Positions 26,042 through 38,480 of a DNA stretch of 44,743 nt are shown here, piece by piece. The translations under genes were made by a program, and so were the position numbers. Numbering within the stretch: position 1 is the stretch's first letter; each line of letters opens with the position of its first letter. The notes below the pieces were generated by a model that saw only the letters and a program-made list of their open reading frames with translations, searched no databases and was not told where the DNA came from. The stretch lies in NCBI GenBank assembly GCA_048213135.1, contig PS015474.1:1-44743 (forward strand). The letters run 5' to 3'. Source of the stretch: Reclinomonas americana ATCC 50394. Lineage: Eukaryota.

Positions 26042-27716
26042 ATGACGAGTGGAAGTGGAGTGCCGCGTGCGTTGCGTGTCACTCTCATCCTGCTGTTAAC
26101 GTTGTCAGACTCGTTCGTACCTCAAATCGTCAAACTACAGGTTGCACCAGCGTGTGGCTTTGCTTATTGGCAACACATGCGATGGCGAGGGACCTTATTC
26201 GCTGCTGAGAAACCCGCCGCATGATGTGGGTGAGCATGGCCCTCTCCAGCCTCGCGTCCTCGTGGCATTCATCTCTCTCTGACACACGGTTTATTCACAG
26301 CTCTTCTGCAGCCTGTGCTTGCTGAGGTTGGCTTCCATGTCTGTCCACGCATCGATGTCGTGGGCGATGCAATGCACGCCGTGCTTGACGAATTCGTGAG
26401 AGACAAGGTGAACGAAGAATGCGAATGCGTCTTGCTGTTCTTTTCTGGCCACGGGCTCGCTTGTGACGGCGACTTGTTGCTTCTTCCGAGCAATGCCAAT
26501 CATGCATTCCCCAAATCTCGCTTGGTGAGTCTTGTATCAGTGCATGAGTTCGTTGTTTTTATGATGGGTTGGCTACAAAGTGCGCAGGTGAATGGCCAGG
26601 AATCGCTGAAGCTCGTCGAGTGTTGCATGAACCAACTCCGGCAGAAGATGTCGCGGCGAGGAATTGTCATCCTGTTGATGAACTGTTGCCGTTCTGTTGA
26701 CAGGTACACCAGTGCGTTGTCATGGTATTTCGAGTCGCATTCACTGCGGGTGGTTTCATTCCTTCTGTGCTCTGCGCAGCGCGCATGCCAACCCGATTGA
26801 CGAGAGTTGTCTGGCTGACAATGCGTTTGCTGGCTTTGCGTGTTACCATGGCTGGGAGGCACATGAGGGCGGTGAGCGATGATAGTGCTGTGACTTTCCA
26901 ACTTTGAAATCTCATCTCGTGTGATTGGCTCGAAGCATTTGTATCGCCATATGTGAGAGCTCTTGTGCACGCCATCGAGGAGCACGGACATCTGCCCTTG
27001 CCTCTTTGGCATGAGCAAGTCAGGTTTACGGCGCAAGACCTTCGACAACAAGAACAAGTTCAGGAAGCCGTCTATCGATCAAACTTGTTGAAAACGGAAC
27101 TCGATCAGTTTCGACTATGCTTGCCTCCTGGTGAGTTTTTCTGCGGTTCCCTTTCTCTCCTGTGACGGAACTTGCTCTGTCGTGCCTGGCTCGCTACACT
27201 GCTTCTCTTTGATTTTGATAGAAGCAACTATCAAGCAGTCACACTCACTCTGTACATGTGTGCCGACCAGCGCCGGACGGCAGTCGTCCACCCAAGACTG
27301 CACTCATCGCCTGCACCGTCAGTCCAGTGACCGCATTCCGCTTCCCAAGTCGACGTGCGCTGGCTGCCTCACTCGCCACGCGCGTTATGAATGCTGTGGA
27401 AGGTTGGGTGTTCCTTCTCATTCTCCCTTCCTTCCTTCTCCACATTCGTGTGTCTCATCAAGTTATCTGGTGATGGATGATTCTTCCGCAGCACATCATC
27501 CAATCATGGTGGTGCTCACGGGCGATGATGGCACCGGCAAGTCGTTCCTGGCCGAGCTGCTGGTGACCGAGTTGCTCGCGACTCGTCGATGGAAGGGATC
27601 AGCCGTGTCGGTAGAAATGCGAGGTCATGTGGCTGAAACGAGGGAGCATGTGATGGTGTGCGAGGACCATGCATGTTTTCTTTAATGATGTATCATCTTC
27701 CTGGCTGTCTTTCTGA

Positions 27717-27754
<38 letters not shown>

Positions 27755-30356
27755 ATGCCACGTGCTGCAGGCGGAGAGTGCTCTGGGCGAGTGTCTGCGC
27801 GCCTTCGTGACGGCACAGATGCGGGAGGATGAAGTGGAGGGACGCAGGATGGCCAGTCTAGTGGATGCTCTGCTGGCGAGTGGCGAGGTGGAGCCAGCAC
27901 GTCGTCTCCTGCGACAATTGATGCACGTATCGAATGGAGTGTTGGTGCTGGACAATGTGGGATCGCCGGAGCAAGTGAGGAACGTTGTCCAGTGTGCTGA
28001 TGCTGGTGCGCAGCGTGTCGCCGTGATAGGGAATTCTCATTCTTGATTGGATATTTTATGCTGACTTCATGTGTATCATGTGGTTATGTGTGCAGGTGGA
28101 ATGGTGGCACCGATTGTGGTGGTGACGAGTCGATATGGACGAGTGGCGGATGACATTCGTGACTCGCTGACGCACGAGGCAGAGGTGGAATGTGTACGAG
28201 TGAAAAATGTCGAGAACGAGGACATTCTGCAGCTGGTGGAGGAGCGACTTCATGGTGTGGCGGACGATGTCCGACGACGGATTGTGGAAGCACTGGAGAG
28301 TGGACAGCGGAATAAGAGTGCACTGCGAGTGAGTGCATGTGTAGGGTGAGTGAGTGAGAGCGAGTGAGTGGCTTGTGAATGAGAGGACTCACTCTTCTTC
28401 TCTTCTTCTCCTCTTCGTCGCAGCTGGTTGCTGTCACAATCGCCAGGGAGGCTTGTGGGTGCGCGACTGGAAAGGGTGCTGAGTGGCATTGGTGGCGATG
28501 CACTCTCGCAGCTGTTGGAACGCAATGTGATGTCGCAGACAGCTGCAGCACGTCGTCTGTTGGTGCTGATCACGGCGTGCAAGGAGCTCGGCTTGCCGGT
28601 GACAGTGGCACTTGCGCGAGTGGCGCTGGGTTTGTTGCGAATGATTCCCGATATGACGATGGCTGTGCGGGCGAGTAAGGAGAGAGTTGATGAAGATCAA
28701 GTGGCCAGTCGATTGGCAGAGTTGGGTCAGTGTGTGCGTCGACTGCGATTGCATGAGTTGGCACAAGAGAGACGACGGCGTGCACCCGAGGTGGTGGGTG
28801 AGCGACTGCAGTTTGACGAGATGAGTGAGGAGGAGGAGCAGCAGGTTCGTGCACGGCGTGATGAGTTGGTGGGTGATGGTGACGACGGAGTGGAGGATGT
28901 GCTGGAGAGTCTGTGTTTGTCAAATCTGGTGACGGTGGGTGTCAGTGGCAGCATGAGCAGTGTGACTCGTGTGTTGCGTGGTGAGCAGGAGGGGAAGGGT
29001 GGCAGCAAGGTGGTGGAGTATCGAGTGCACGATGAGATTGCTGGGTGGATTGTGGGACGGTGTGGAGATGCCGTGTCACGGGTGCAGCGATTGATTGTGC
29101 GACTAGTGTGTTGTGTGCTGAATGGCATTGATTCACAGAACGACAGCGATGGTGTCCTGCTGGTGTCACGAGACTTGCTCGGTGTGCTGCACGCGCTGTG
29201 GCGACGGTTGGCTGAGGATGACGGCATGTGGGCGATTGATGTTGTTGGTGTGAATGGGCTGCTGGTGCAGTGTGGGGCAGTGCAGTGGATTGCAGGGTTA
29301 TTTGTGGAAAGCAAGCTGCCATCACGTGGATTTGACGAGGAAGTGACCGTGTCACTTGCGCGGCGAGTGACTGCGTGTGAACAGCTTGTAGATTGTGAAA
29401 TTGAAACGAGTCCAGGACGACGACGGTGTGCAATTGCCGTGGCCAAGTCTCAAGCGCGATTGTTCTCCATGCTCCGTCAGTGGGATGAGCGCAAGGAAGC
29501 GTGGCAACAGGCGTGGCGATTGTGTGAGGAGTGGGAGAGGAGTGACAGTGGCGAGATGACTGTGCTCGATAGGATTGACGCATTGCGCTGCCTAATGTTT
29601 CTTGGTTTTACATTGTTCAGCTTGCCACGGCTTTTGCAATGTCATCAGTGGCAGTGTGCGACACTGGGTGAGAGTCATCCGGACTCACTGATGACACTGC
29701 ATGTTATTGCGTTCTGCCAACGTGATCCACTCGAACATGCTGCTGCTCAAGCACTCAATCGACGATGCTGGGAGATGCGACGACTGGTTCTCGGAGCTCA
29801 GCACCCTCACACATTGATGTCCATGAACAATGTTGCCTCTGGTGTGCACGAGTGCAGTCGCCTAGGGGAAAAGATTCAACTATATCGAGGATGCTTGCAG
29901 CTAAAACAAGAAGCACTGGGAATGTGGCATCCGGAGACACTCATAACGATGAATAATCTTGCCTGTTCTCTCGAGCAGCAGAACACACCAGAATCACAGG
30001 CAGAGGCTGCTGAATTGTACCGAGAGTGCGTGGAGGGACGACGTGACGTTCTGGGTGATAGACATGTTGACACGTTACAGGCGATGCTCTGCCGTGGCAT
30101 TCTGCTCGTGGGGCAGCAGCGATGGGCCGAGGCAGACGCACTATTGGCAGAGTGTGTGGATGGAATGCGAGCGGTGCTTGGTGAAGAGCATCCGGATTCG
30201 GTGAAAGCCGTGAATACCCTGGCCGAGTGTCGACGTCTTCGTGTTCTCACCCAACAGCAATTACCATCGCTGTCTGTGCAGCCGCAGGAGCCGGTGCGAC
30301 ACCACGATACCGCCACCGACAACTTGTCGCAGAGGTGCAGATGCTCATTGTTGTGA
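26042..30356 (+). CDS. NLR-like protein B: caspase-family (peptidase C14) domain, STAND P-loop NTPase, TPR, CaaX
   Basis: Caspase exons 26141-26229, 26301-26524, 26588-26703, 26780-26871 and 26936-27130 splice in frame: RVALLIGN...LLRNPPHDV...LLFFSGHG...IVILLMNCCR...SPYVRAL. Walker A GDDGTGKS (27521-27544), Walker B GVLVLDNV, PIVVVTSR. TPRs in exon 28424-30356, ending QRCRCSLL*. Exact start codon uncertain. Confidence 0.88.
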
Positions 30357-30450
30357 GTGTCACAGCATTCGCCATACGGAAAAGCTTCGCGACGAATAAA
30401 CTCTCTTGCCTCTTGAATCTGGCCATCAGTCTTACATGTACTTCCCCAAT

Positions 30451-32948
30451 TCACTCCTCATCCGCATCCTCTCCCCCACCCAACACCTTGCGGCGCTTCT
30501 GCGGTGGCGCACCCTTGGCAGACGACGCCTTCGAGGCCTTACTTGCCTTGCTCTTAGCGGCCGACGACGACACGCCGGCAACTGGCATGGCGGAAGACGA
30601 CGGCTCCTCTGCCCCAAGTAGTCAGCCACAGGGAAATCAAGATACCCAATAAATGCTCTCTCTTCCACGCACCATCGAGGTCATCCAGCGTTAGTCCACC
30701 AACAACCTTGCCGTCGTCATCGTCATCCTCATTGTCCTCCAGCAAGCGCTTCTTCGCCGGAGTGTGCGGCTTCATGCGCGCCGCCACCTCCTCCTGTCGC
30801 TGCTGCTTGCGCGTCTTGCGTGGTTTCACTTGAGGGGTGCTCGCTGAGAGAGAGAGAAAGAGAACTGTCAGTTGTGATGCTCACAAGCATGTACCAACTC
30901 TGCAGACACAAAGGACATGCATAGATCTCTTCCCACCGTATTCATGTTTCGGATCAGAAATATACTGCGTATGAAAAAGCATTCTCTACCCAGAGGCGTC
31001 TGGCAGCCACACTCCGTTCTCTCCTAATTTCTCACACACAACTGCACAGACTCTGATTATTCTTCAAGAACAATCTGTCAACTGTCAAGACAACAGAAAA
31101 TATGATACTTCCTCCACATACTCGGTTGCATCTCTCCTCCTCCTCCTCTCTCTCCTGCCCTCCTCTACCCCTCCCCCCTTTCCCCTCTGCCCCTTCCCCC
31201 TGTCCCCCCTTCCCCTTCTCACCCACCACTCACCATCATCAATCTCCTCCACCACATCCGCCCTTCCACCCCCACCCACATCCCCGCCATCCTCCTCCTC
31301 CTCCTCCTCCTCCACCGCCACCACCACCACCCTCCCCGACTTGCCCTTCCCCTTCCCCACCGCCTTTCCCACCGCCTTCTTCGCCCGCTTCTTCGGCGCC
31401 TCCTCATCATCGGCATTGTCGGCATCCACATTGTCCGCTCTGCCAGTCGACTCTGCCACCTCACGACCTCGCTTCGGCGCAGCTGGTGCCGCCGCCGCCT
31501 TCTTGCCCTTCTTACCGGCTGCCTCTGGCTGCTGCTGCTGCCTGGCGAGAGCCATGCGACTGGCGTCCAGCTGTCGATTGAGCTGCTCGGTCTCGCGCTG
31601 CAGGGCGCCGAGTTCGGCCTCCCACTCGGCCACACGCGATGCCTCTCTTTCCGCGATCTGCGAGCATCCAAGCCGATGAGTTCTTCTCCGCTGTCTTCTC
31701 TCTCCTCTGTCTCCCCTCCACAACGCAACTGCGTCGACCACTTCGCGGGCAGGCGCCACTTCGTTCTCCTCGATCTGCTGTATTCTCTGCATAACGTCCA
31801 GCATGGTGCTCGTCCCCTCTGGCACACCAATAAATGTGGGTGCAATGTGAACGCACACGCAGCGCCGACTCAACCAACCAACCATATATCTTGCGCAGCA
31901 ACTTCAAGTCCTTGCTCTCACTGGCCGGCAGCTGACCGAAGCGATACGACGAAGGCTCGGTGCGCTTGCCAATGTATTGAATGCCGGATTTTTCCACGCG
32001 ATCCATATCCAACGAGATCAGCAACGGGCACGAGAGACGCTCTTTCGCCAGCTGTGTTCCACCACCACAACAACAGGGAATGAGCGCTCTCATCATCAGT
32101 CCACAGCGGCAGCTCTGTCGCGACACGGACCTTGAGGCGATAGGCGCGCATCGAGGCACTTGTCTGGAACACCATGGCGTTGGAGAACAGTGCGTAGAAC
32201 ATGTAGCGCAGCTCCGGCTGACTGTGCTCGCTCAGCCTGATCAGGTTTACCGCGTATCCGACAAATCCCGACTCGCCGGTCTGCGCGCAAAAAGGGTGAG
32301 GAGATGGTAGCAAGATGGCAGCAAAGGACAGGGAGAAGAAAGATGAATGCGAGATGACAACAGAGGATGGGAAGAAACATGACAGCGAGATGACAAGAAG
32401 GATGGGAAGAAGATGCCAAAGAGATGAACGCAAAGGATGGGAAGACAGGTCACAAAAGGTGACAGCAAAGGGTGTGAGGAAAGATGAAAGCGAGATGGCA
32501 GCGAGATGTCAGCGAAGAAAGCAGACAGCAAGATGACAGCGAAGGAAGAGAAGAAAGATGGATGCGAGATTACAGCAAAGGATGGGAAGAGAGATCACAA
32601 AGAGGCGACAGCAAAAAAGATTACAGCGAGACGACAGCGGAGGATGGAAAGTATAATGACAGCGAGACGACAGCGAAGGATGAGAAGGAAAAGTGACTGG
32701 GAAGAAAGATGACAGTAAGATAACAGCAATAGATGGGAAGCAAAATGACAGCAAAGGATGGGAAGAGAGATGACAGCGAGATGACATCGAACGATGAGGA
32801 GAAAGATGCCAGCGTCATGACAACAATAGATGGAGAGAGAGATGGCAGCGAGATGACTGCGAAGAATGGGGAGAGACTTTGCATTGCATACTCCTCTTGT
32901 TCTCCCTCCTCCTCCTCCTCTCCTCCTCTTCCCCCTTCCCTTTCACCC

Positions 32949-32988
<40 letters not shown>

Positions 32989-34222
32989 TTCTGTCCCTCG
33001 CAACTCGACAGGAGACAGCGAGGTGGCAGCAAAACCAGGGAAGCAGATGACAGCGAGATGACAGCGAAGGATGAGGAGAAAGACGACAGCGAGAAGACAG
33101 CGAACGAAGAAAAATGACAGTGGAACAGCGGAAGATAGAGGGAAAGATGACAGCGAAGAATGGGGAGAGAGACTGCATTGCGTACACCTCCTCTTCTCCT
33201 CCTTCTCCTCCTTCTCCTCCTTCTCCTCCTCCTCCCCCCTTCCCTTGCACCCCCCTTCCCTATCACCCTCTCTCTCACTTCTCCTTCTTCCCCACGCAAC
33301 TCGAATACCGTCGGGCGTTTTCATCTCAAACGCCGTCTTGTCGGCACTCATGGTCACCCCACTCATGACGACCATGTCAAGCGACAGCACGCCGAGTCTC
33401 TCACTGTGCGACGACAGTCGCTCCCCAATGCGGTCCTTCACTTGCTGCGAGTCCACCACAATCGTCTGCGCCAAACAGGGGTGTCACCAACAACTGGCGC
33501 CCAAATCGCAATGAGCACGAGTCGACTCACATTCATACGATGCCCGAGGAACGTAGCCAGCGTCGCATCCACGTCATCCTTGTCGACAAACCCCAGCTCG
33601 GCCACAACACCGTACTGCACTCACGAATTGACAGTGAATAAACAAACGAGACAACGAAGAAGGAGAAGAAGAACCACTCACAATGCCGCTGGACTGCACG
33701 CCACGCGAGTCACGCTCCCGCAGAATGGACAAGATGCCGCGGTCGTCGGAGAACTTGGCAGGTCGCCGAGGCGCCGTCTCCTTTTCTTGCAGAAGCTTGA
33801 GAGTCTTGTCGCGCTGCGTGAGGAGGGCGTGAGCGAGAGGAGAGAAAGAGGGGGAAAGGGAAGGGGAAAGGGAGGGAGAGAGATGGGAAGAGAGATGATG
33901 GCAAAGCAACAAATCGACAACTAAAAACGCGAGACGAGAGAGACAGAGACAAACACGCAGATGCAAGACATCGAGAGAAAAACAAGTTGGCAAGCAGACA
34001 GACAGAACGTGACAGGGAGAGAGAGAGAGAAGAGAGAGAGAAGAGAGAGAGAGTGAAGAGACAGAGCAGACATGTCACCAACGAAATGAAAGACGAAGGA
34101 GAGGAAGGAAGAGAATGGAGAGTGAAGAGACAGACTTGCAGAGTTGACTAATCGACAACCAACCAAACGTGAGACGAGGGAGTGATACATGATAGAGACA
34201 AAGGAAAAGAAAACGAGCAGGC

Positions 34223-34271
<49 letters not shown>

Positions 34272-36780
34272 CCCAGACAAACAAACATACACACAGAGAG
34301 ACAGGCTGAGAGAGACTGAGAGAGCCAGGGGGAGAGAGACACACACACAGAGGATCAAACGAAAGAAGCCATTGAGATCTTGTACGACGCTTCCCCACTT
34401 TGCGCACCAGTTTTGCAATGGCCGGCTCTGTCCATTCGACCTTTTGGAGTTTCTTTGTGGCCACCAATTCCGCCTGCAATGCTTCCCATCTCTTCTGGTA
34501 TCTGAACGATACACACACACGTAGACAGAGTGAGCGGCATTCCTCCTCGCTCACACAACTAGAACGAAACTGCTGAGCGTGCTCCTGCGCCTTGTTGAGC
34601 GACAACTGTGCATCATCGCATTTCTTCTTGGCATCGTTGATGAAATTGGTGACCTCCACTCGACGACGGCGCAGCTCCAGCAACCGCGTTTGAGAGCGTG
34701 AGTCTGCAGCAGTGGATATGAGGAATCAGAGAGACGGAGGGAGAGAGCAAGATCAAGGTGAAACACTATGCTGCGAGCAACTGGGACAAGAAGGTAAACG
34801 CGCAATGTGAAACACACACCATCGGTGAGCACAAACTGCAGTCGAAGCGGTGCAATGAATGCCATGTCGACGGCATCAAACTTGAGCTCGTAGCGACCAT
34901 TTCTATCACAGTAAACACTCGTCAGTCAAATGCTGGTGACTATCAACTCCCTCCCTTCCTCGACCACCACATTCCCTGTCCCCGTCCTCCGCCACCCGTT
35001 TTCATTGCCCTTGTCTCCTTTCGAAATCGCCTGTCCACTTTGCCCCTGTCCCCTTCCCCTTTCTCTCCTTCTCTTCCCCCTCTATTTCTCCGTCACCGTC
35101 ACCTTTCCTGTCGCTCACCTCTCCATCTAATTTCTATCCTCGTAATTCTTCTCCCTTTGCCCATTCTCCATTCCTCCAGTCTCCAAAACCTTCCCTCTCG
35201 CCCTCTCCTCCCTCTCCGTTTTCCCTTCCCTCCCTCCTTCTCAAGTTCACTGTCGCTTTCCCCTCTATCTCAATTCTATCCATGTTATTCTTTCCCAGTG
35301 CCCCTCACCCTTCCGTCCCTTCCTTCATTGCCCCTTCTCCGTCCTCCCTTCCCCTTCCCTTCCCCTTCTCCTTCTCCCTTTGCCCCTTCCCCTCCTCCCC
35401 CTCCCTCTCCCCTTCCCCACTCACACTCCAGTGCCCGGCTTCACCGCCAGCGACGCCACACACAACTCCCCATCGACTATGCGCAGCGGCTGGGCGGCCT
35501 CCGACAATAGCAGCTGCACAACCACGAAATAAGCACCCATGATGCCGCACTAACTTCGTGCCAAGCGACATCACCTCGGGAGCTTGCGACGACGAGGGCA
35601 CGCCGTCTCCACCAAGACCCACCAGCGTGAGAGACAGCTGGGCCGAGGCATTCTGCAAACCATTGCTGCATGAGTACCAGTGTACAGCACCTCAAATACA
35701 CATGCACACGCGCCCTCCTCCGCACCGTCTTGTTATTGTACTCATCCACCAATTGAATGCGCAGGTCAGTGGCCAGTTGTCGGCGCAGCTGTGGTGCATC
35801 CGCCAGATTGGTGACGGACGGCAACTCCGTCACGTCGGGGACGACCACAAGTCGTGCGGCGGGTCCTGCGGCGTCATTCAGCACAAGTAAGGTACACAGC
35901 ACCCAACAGCACAAACCGGCCATGACCGAGATTTCCAGCTCGCCGACGCATGAGATCAGCGATCGACCGCCGCTATTCGCCAGCACCGGGTCCACCAAGT
36001 CCGCAAACTCACACTCAGCAGTGATGCGCCACACGCCACATGTGGTGGCACGCACATTCACCAAATCCACCGTGAAAAATCCTTCAATTGCAAACGGCGT
36101 TAGTCAACCAAAGCAGACCAACCACCTCTGCAGGAACAAACGCACCCGGTTGTTCGGCCACCGGCGCCGCAAACAGCGTCGTCTCCACTCCAGCGGGTGA
36201 CAGCACAGTGACTCGCGGGGCATTGCTCACCGCGACTCCTTGCGCTTGTGCGTCCAGCACAGTCAACTGCATTCAACAAGATGATGAGCACCAGCATTAT
36301 GATGTGCGCGGCAGTTTTGTTGGCAGGTTACCTGCAGCGACGGCATGTGCAGTCCGGCCAGCAGTTGCATCACATTATTGACTGGCTGCACTTGCAGGCG
36401 CGACGGCACGTGAGCCGCCTCGACGTGCACGGTGAGATGAATAATCTGCAACAACCAAACGACCAGCCAGTGGGTCGACAATGCAGCGTACTCATCAGCA
36501 ATTATTCGACGCACCTCAGCACTGCCCTCGACGCGAATGTCAATTGGAAACTCTCCACGACCAGCGGCAGCATGCACCACCATCTGCACGGAATTGCGTA
36601 CAGTGAGTTACAGCGCAAGAGTGAGAAAGGGGGGAGAGAGAGAGAGAGCGAGGACAAGGAAAGAAGACAACTATGCAAACAAAGAGAATGATTGAGATTG
36701 AGATAGAGAGGATGGAAAAGACAAACAGATAACAAAAAGCGAGTGCAAGAGTGAAAAGGGGAGAGTGTGAGAGAGAGAAG

Positions 36781-36818
<38 letters not shown>

Positions 36819-36954
36819 GAGAGAGAGAGACAGGCAGACTGAGAGACAGACAGAGAGAGACAGAGAGAGAGAGAGAGACAGAGAGAGAGAAGAAAACAGA
36901 CGAGGGAGAGACAGAGAGAGAGAGAGAGAGACAGAGAGAGAGAGAGAAGACGAG

Positions 36955-36993
<39 letters not shown>

Positions 36994-38439
36994 AAATAAA
37001 GACAGACGGGCAGAGCAAGAGTGAAAAGAAAGAAAGAAAGAAAGAGTGAAAGAAAGAAGAAAGAAGAAAGGAAGAAAGAGAGAGAGAGCGAGAGCGAGAG
37101 CGAGAGACAGCGAGAGGAAACTCACCGGAGGCAAAATGCACTGTCCGTCGGGACCCGTGGTCGGCCGGAACTCAGACAGCGGAGTCAGCACGTCGCCGTC
37201 CACCATGAGCAGTTGCACTTGCTGTAAGATTCACGCATGAGACGCCTACAAAAGAGAGACATTGGTGAAGCAATCTGCGTGCCAACCTCAGCAGGCGGTG
37301 TCTTCAACGACACGCGCAAACCGGGGCGATGCAACACATTGCCACACACTGTCACATGGAGATTGTAAGAAACACGCAGAGCCAGAGACCGCGCAAGAAA
37401 TGGAAAGGAGCATACCGTCGTGCACTGTCAGCACAATCTCGGGAAGACGATGCAGGTTGTTCACGTATACGGCCGGGTTACGTTCCTCCCCATTGACGCG
37501 AATGTTGCACGGGAGGCCTGGTTGCAACGTGAGAAACAGTCAACAATCATGCTCACAAGCACACACACCTTCTCCAAGCGTAATGTCACTCGACGTGTAC
37601 GGCGCCAATCGCTCACCCAGGTCGACGACACGCACGCGGAACACACTGCCAGAGAGGCCGAGAGCACGCAGCTTGGAGAACTGCAGTGGCACACGAATGC
37701 GTGAGTTGCTGCGTGCGAGTGAAGGAACAAGCAACTCCCCCCCCCCCACCTCCAGTTGCCCGTCCGCCGGCGAAAACTCAATCGTGGTCGTGTTCTCGAG
37801 CACCACTCCCGCCTCGCCCAACACCTCAATCTGCGAGAGAGCGTGAGCAATGACATGATGGAAGATTGTGAGACATACAGACAGCCACAGACCCCTGGTT
37901 TCACTTGCCCGAGCACGTCGTACAGGCTCATCTCCTCCACAATGTTGAACTTGTTGCCGAACGCATCCACCACGCTGATGCGCACACTAAACTCCTCGTT
38001 GCATGCCACACTGGTCGGCACGTCCTTGGTGGGGGCCAGAGCGCACGGTGCACCTTTGATGAGGAAATGATGAGCACCGAAGGCAGACGAAGCGCACGGC
38101 ATACAAAAGACCTTTCAGTCCATCGATCACCAGCATCAGCGACATGGTCGGCAGGCCATCGTCCTCCAGTTTCACCCAGTGGCGCGCTTGCGCAGCCGAC
38201 TTGTTCACCGGCAGAGGCGGAAGGAGCAAAGTGGGTCCGCCGCTCTCCTCAGTGTCCACCACGGCGCCTGGGAGAGGGGGCAAGGGGAAGGGGGGGGGGG
38301 GGTGAGGGGGAAGGGGGGAAGGGGAAGGGAAGGGGAATGGGATGGGAATGGGAAGGTGAGGGGATATGAGACGAGCAAGATGAATAACAAGAGAGAAGAA
38401 GAGAGATTCGACATTTAGCGCACGAACGCACAGACAGAT

Positions 38440-38480
<41 letters not shown>

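Noticed and set aside
36600-37120. Poly-SL, poly-RE and poly-X ORFs here and throughout the window
   Set aside because: Intronic microsatellites or N-gap read-through.
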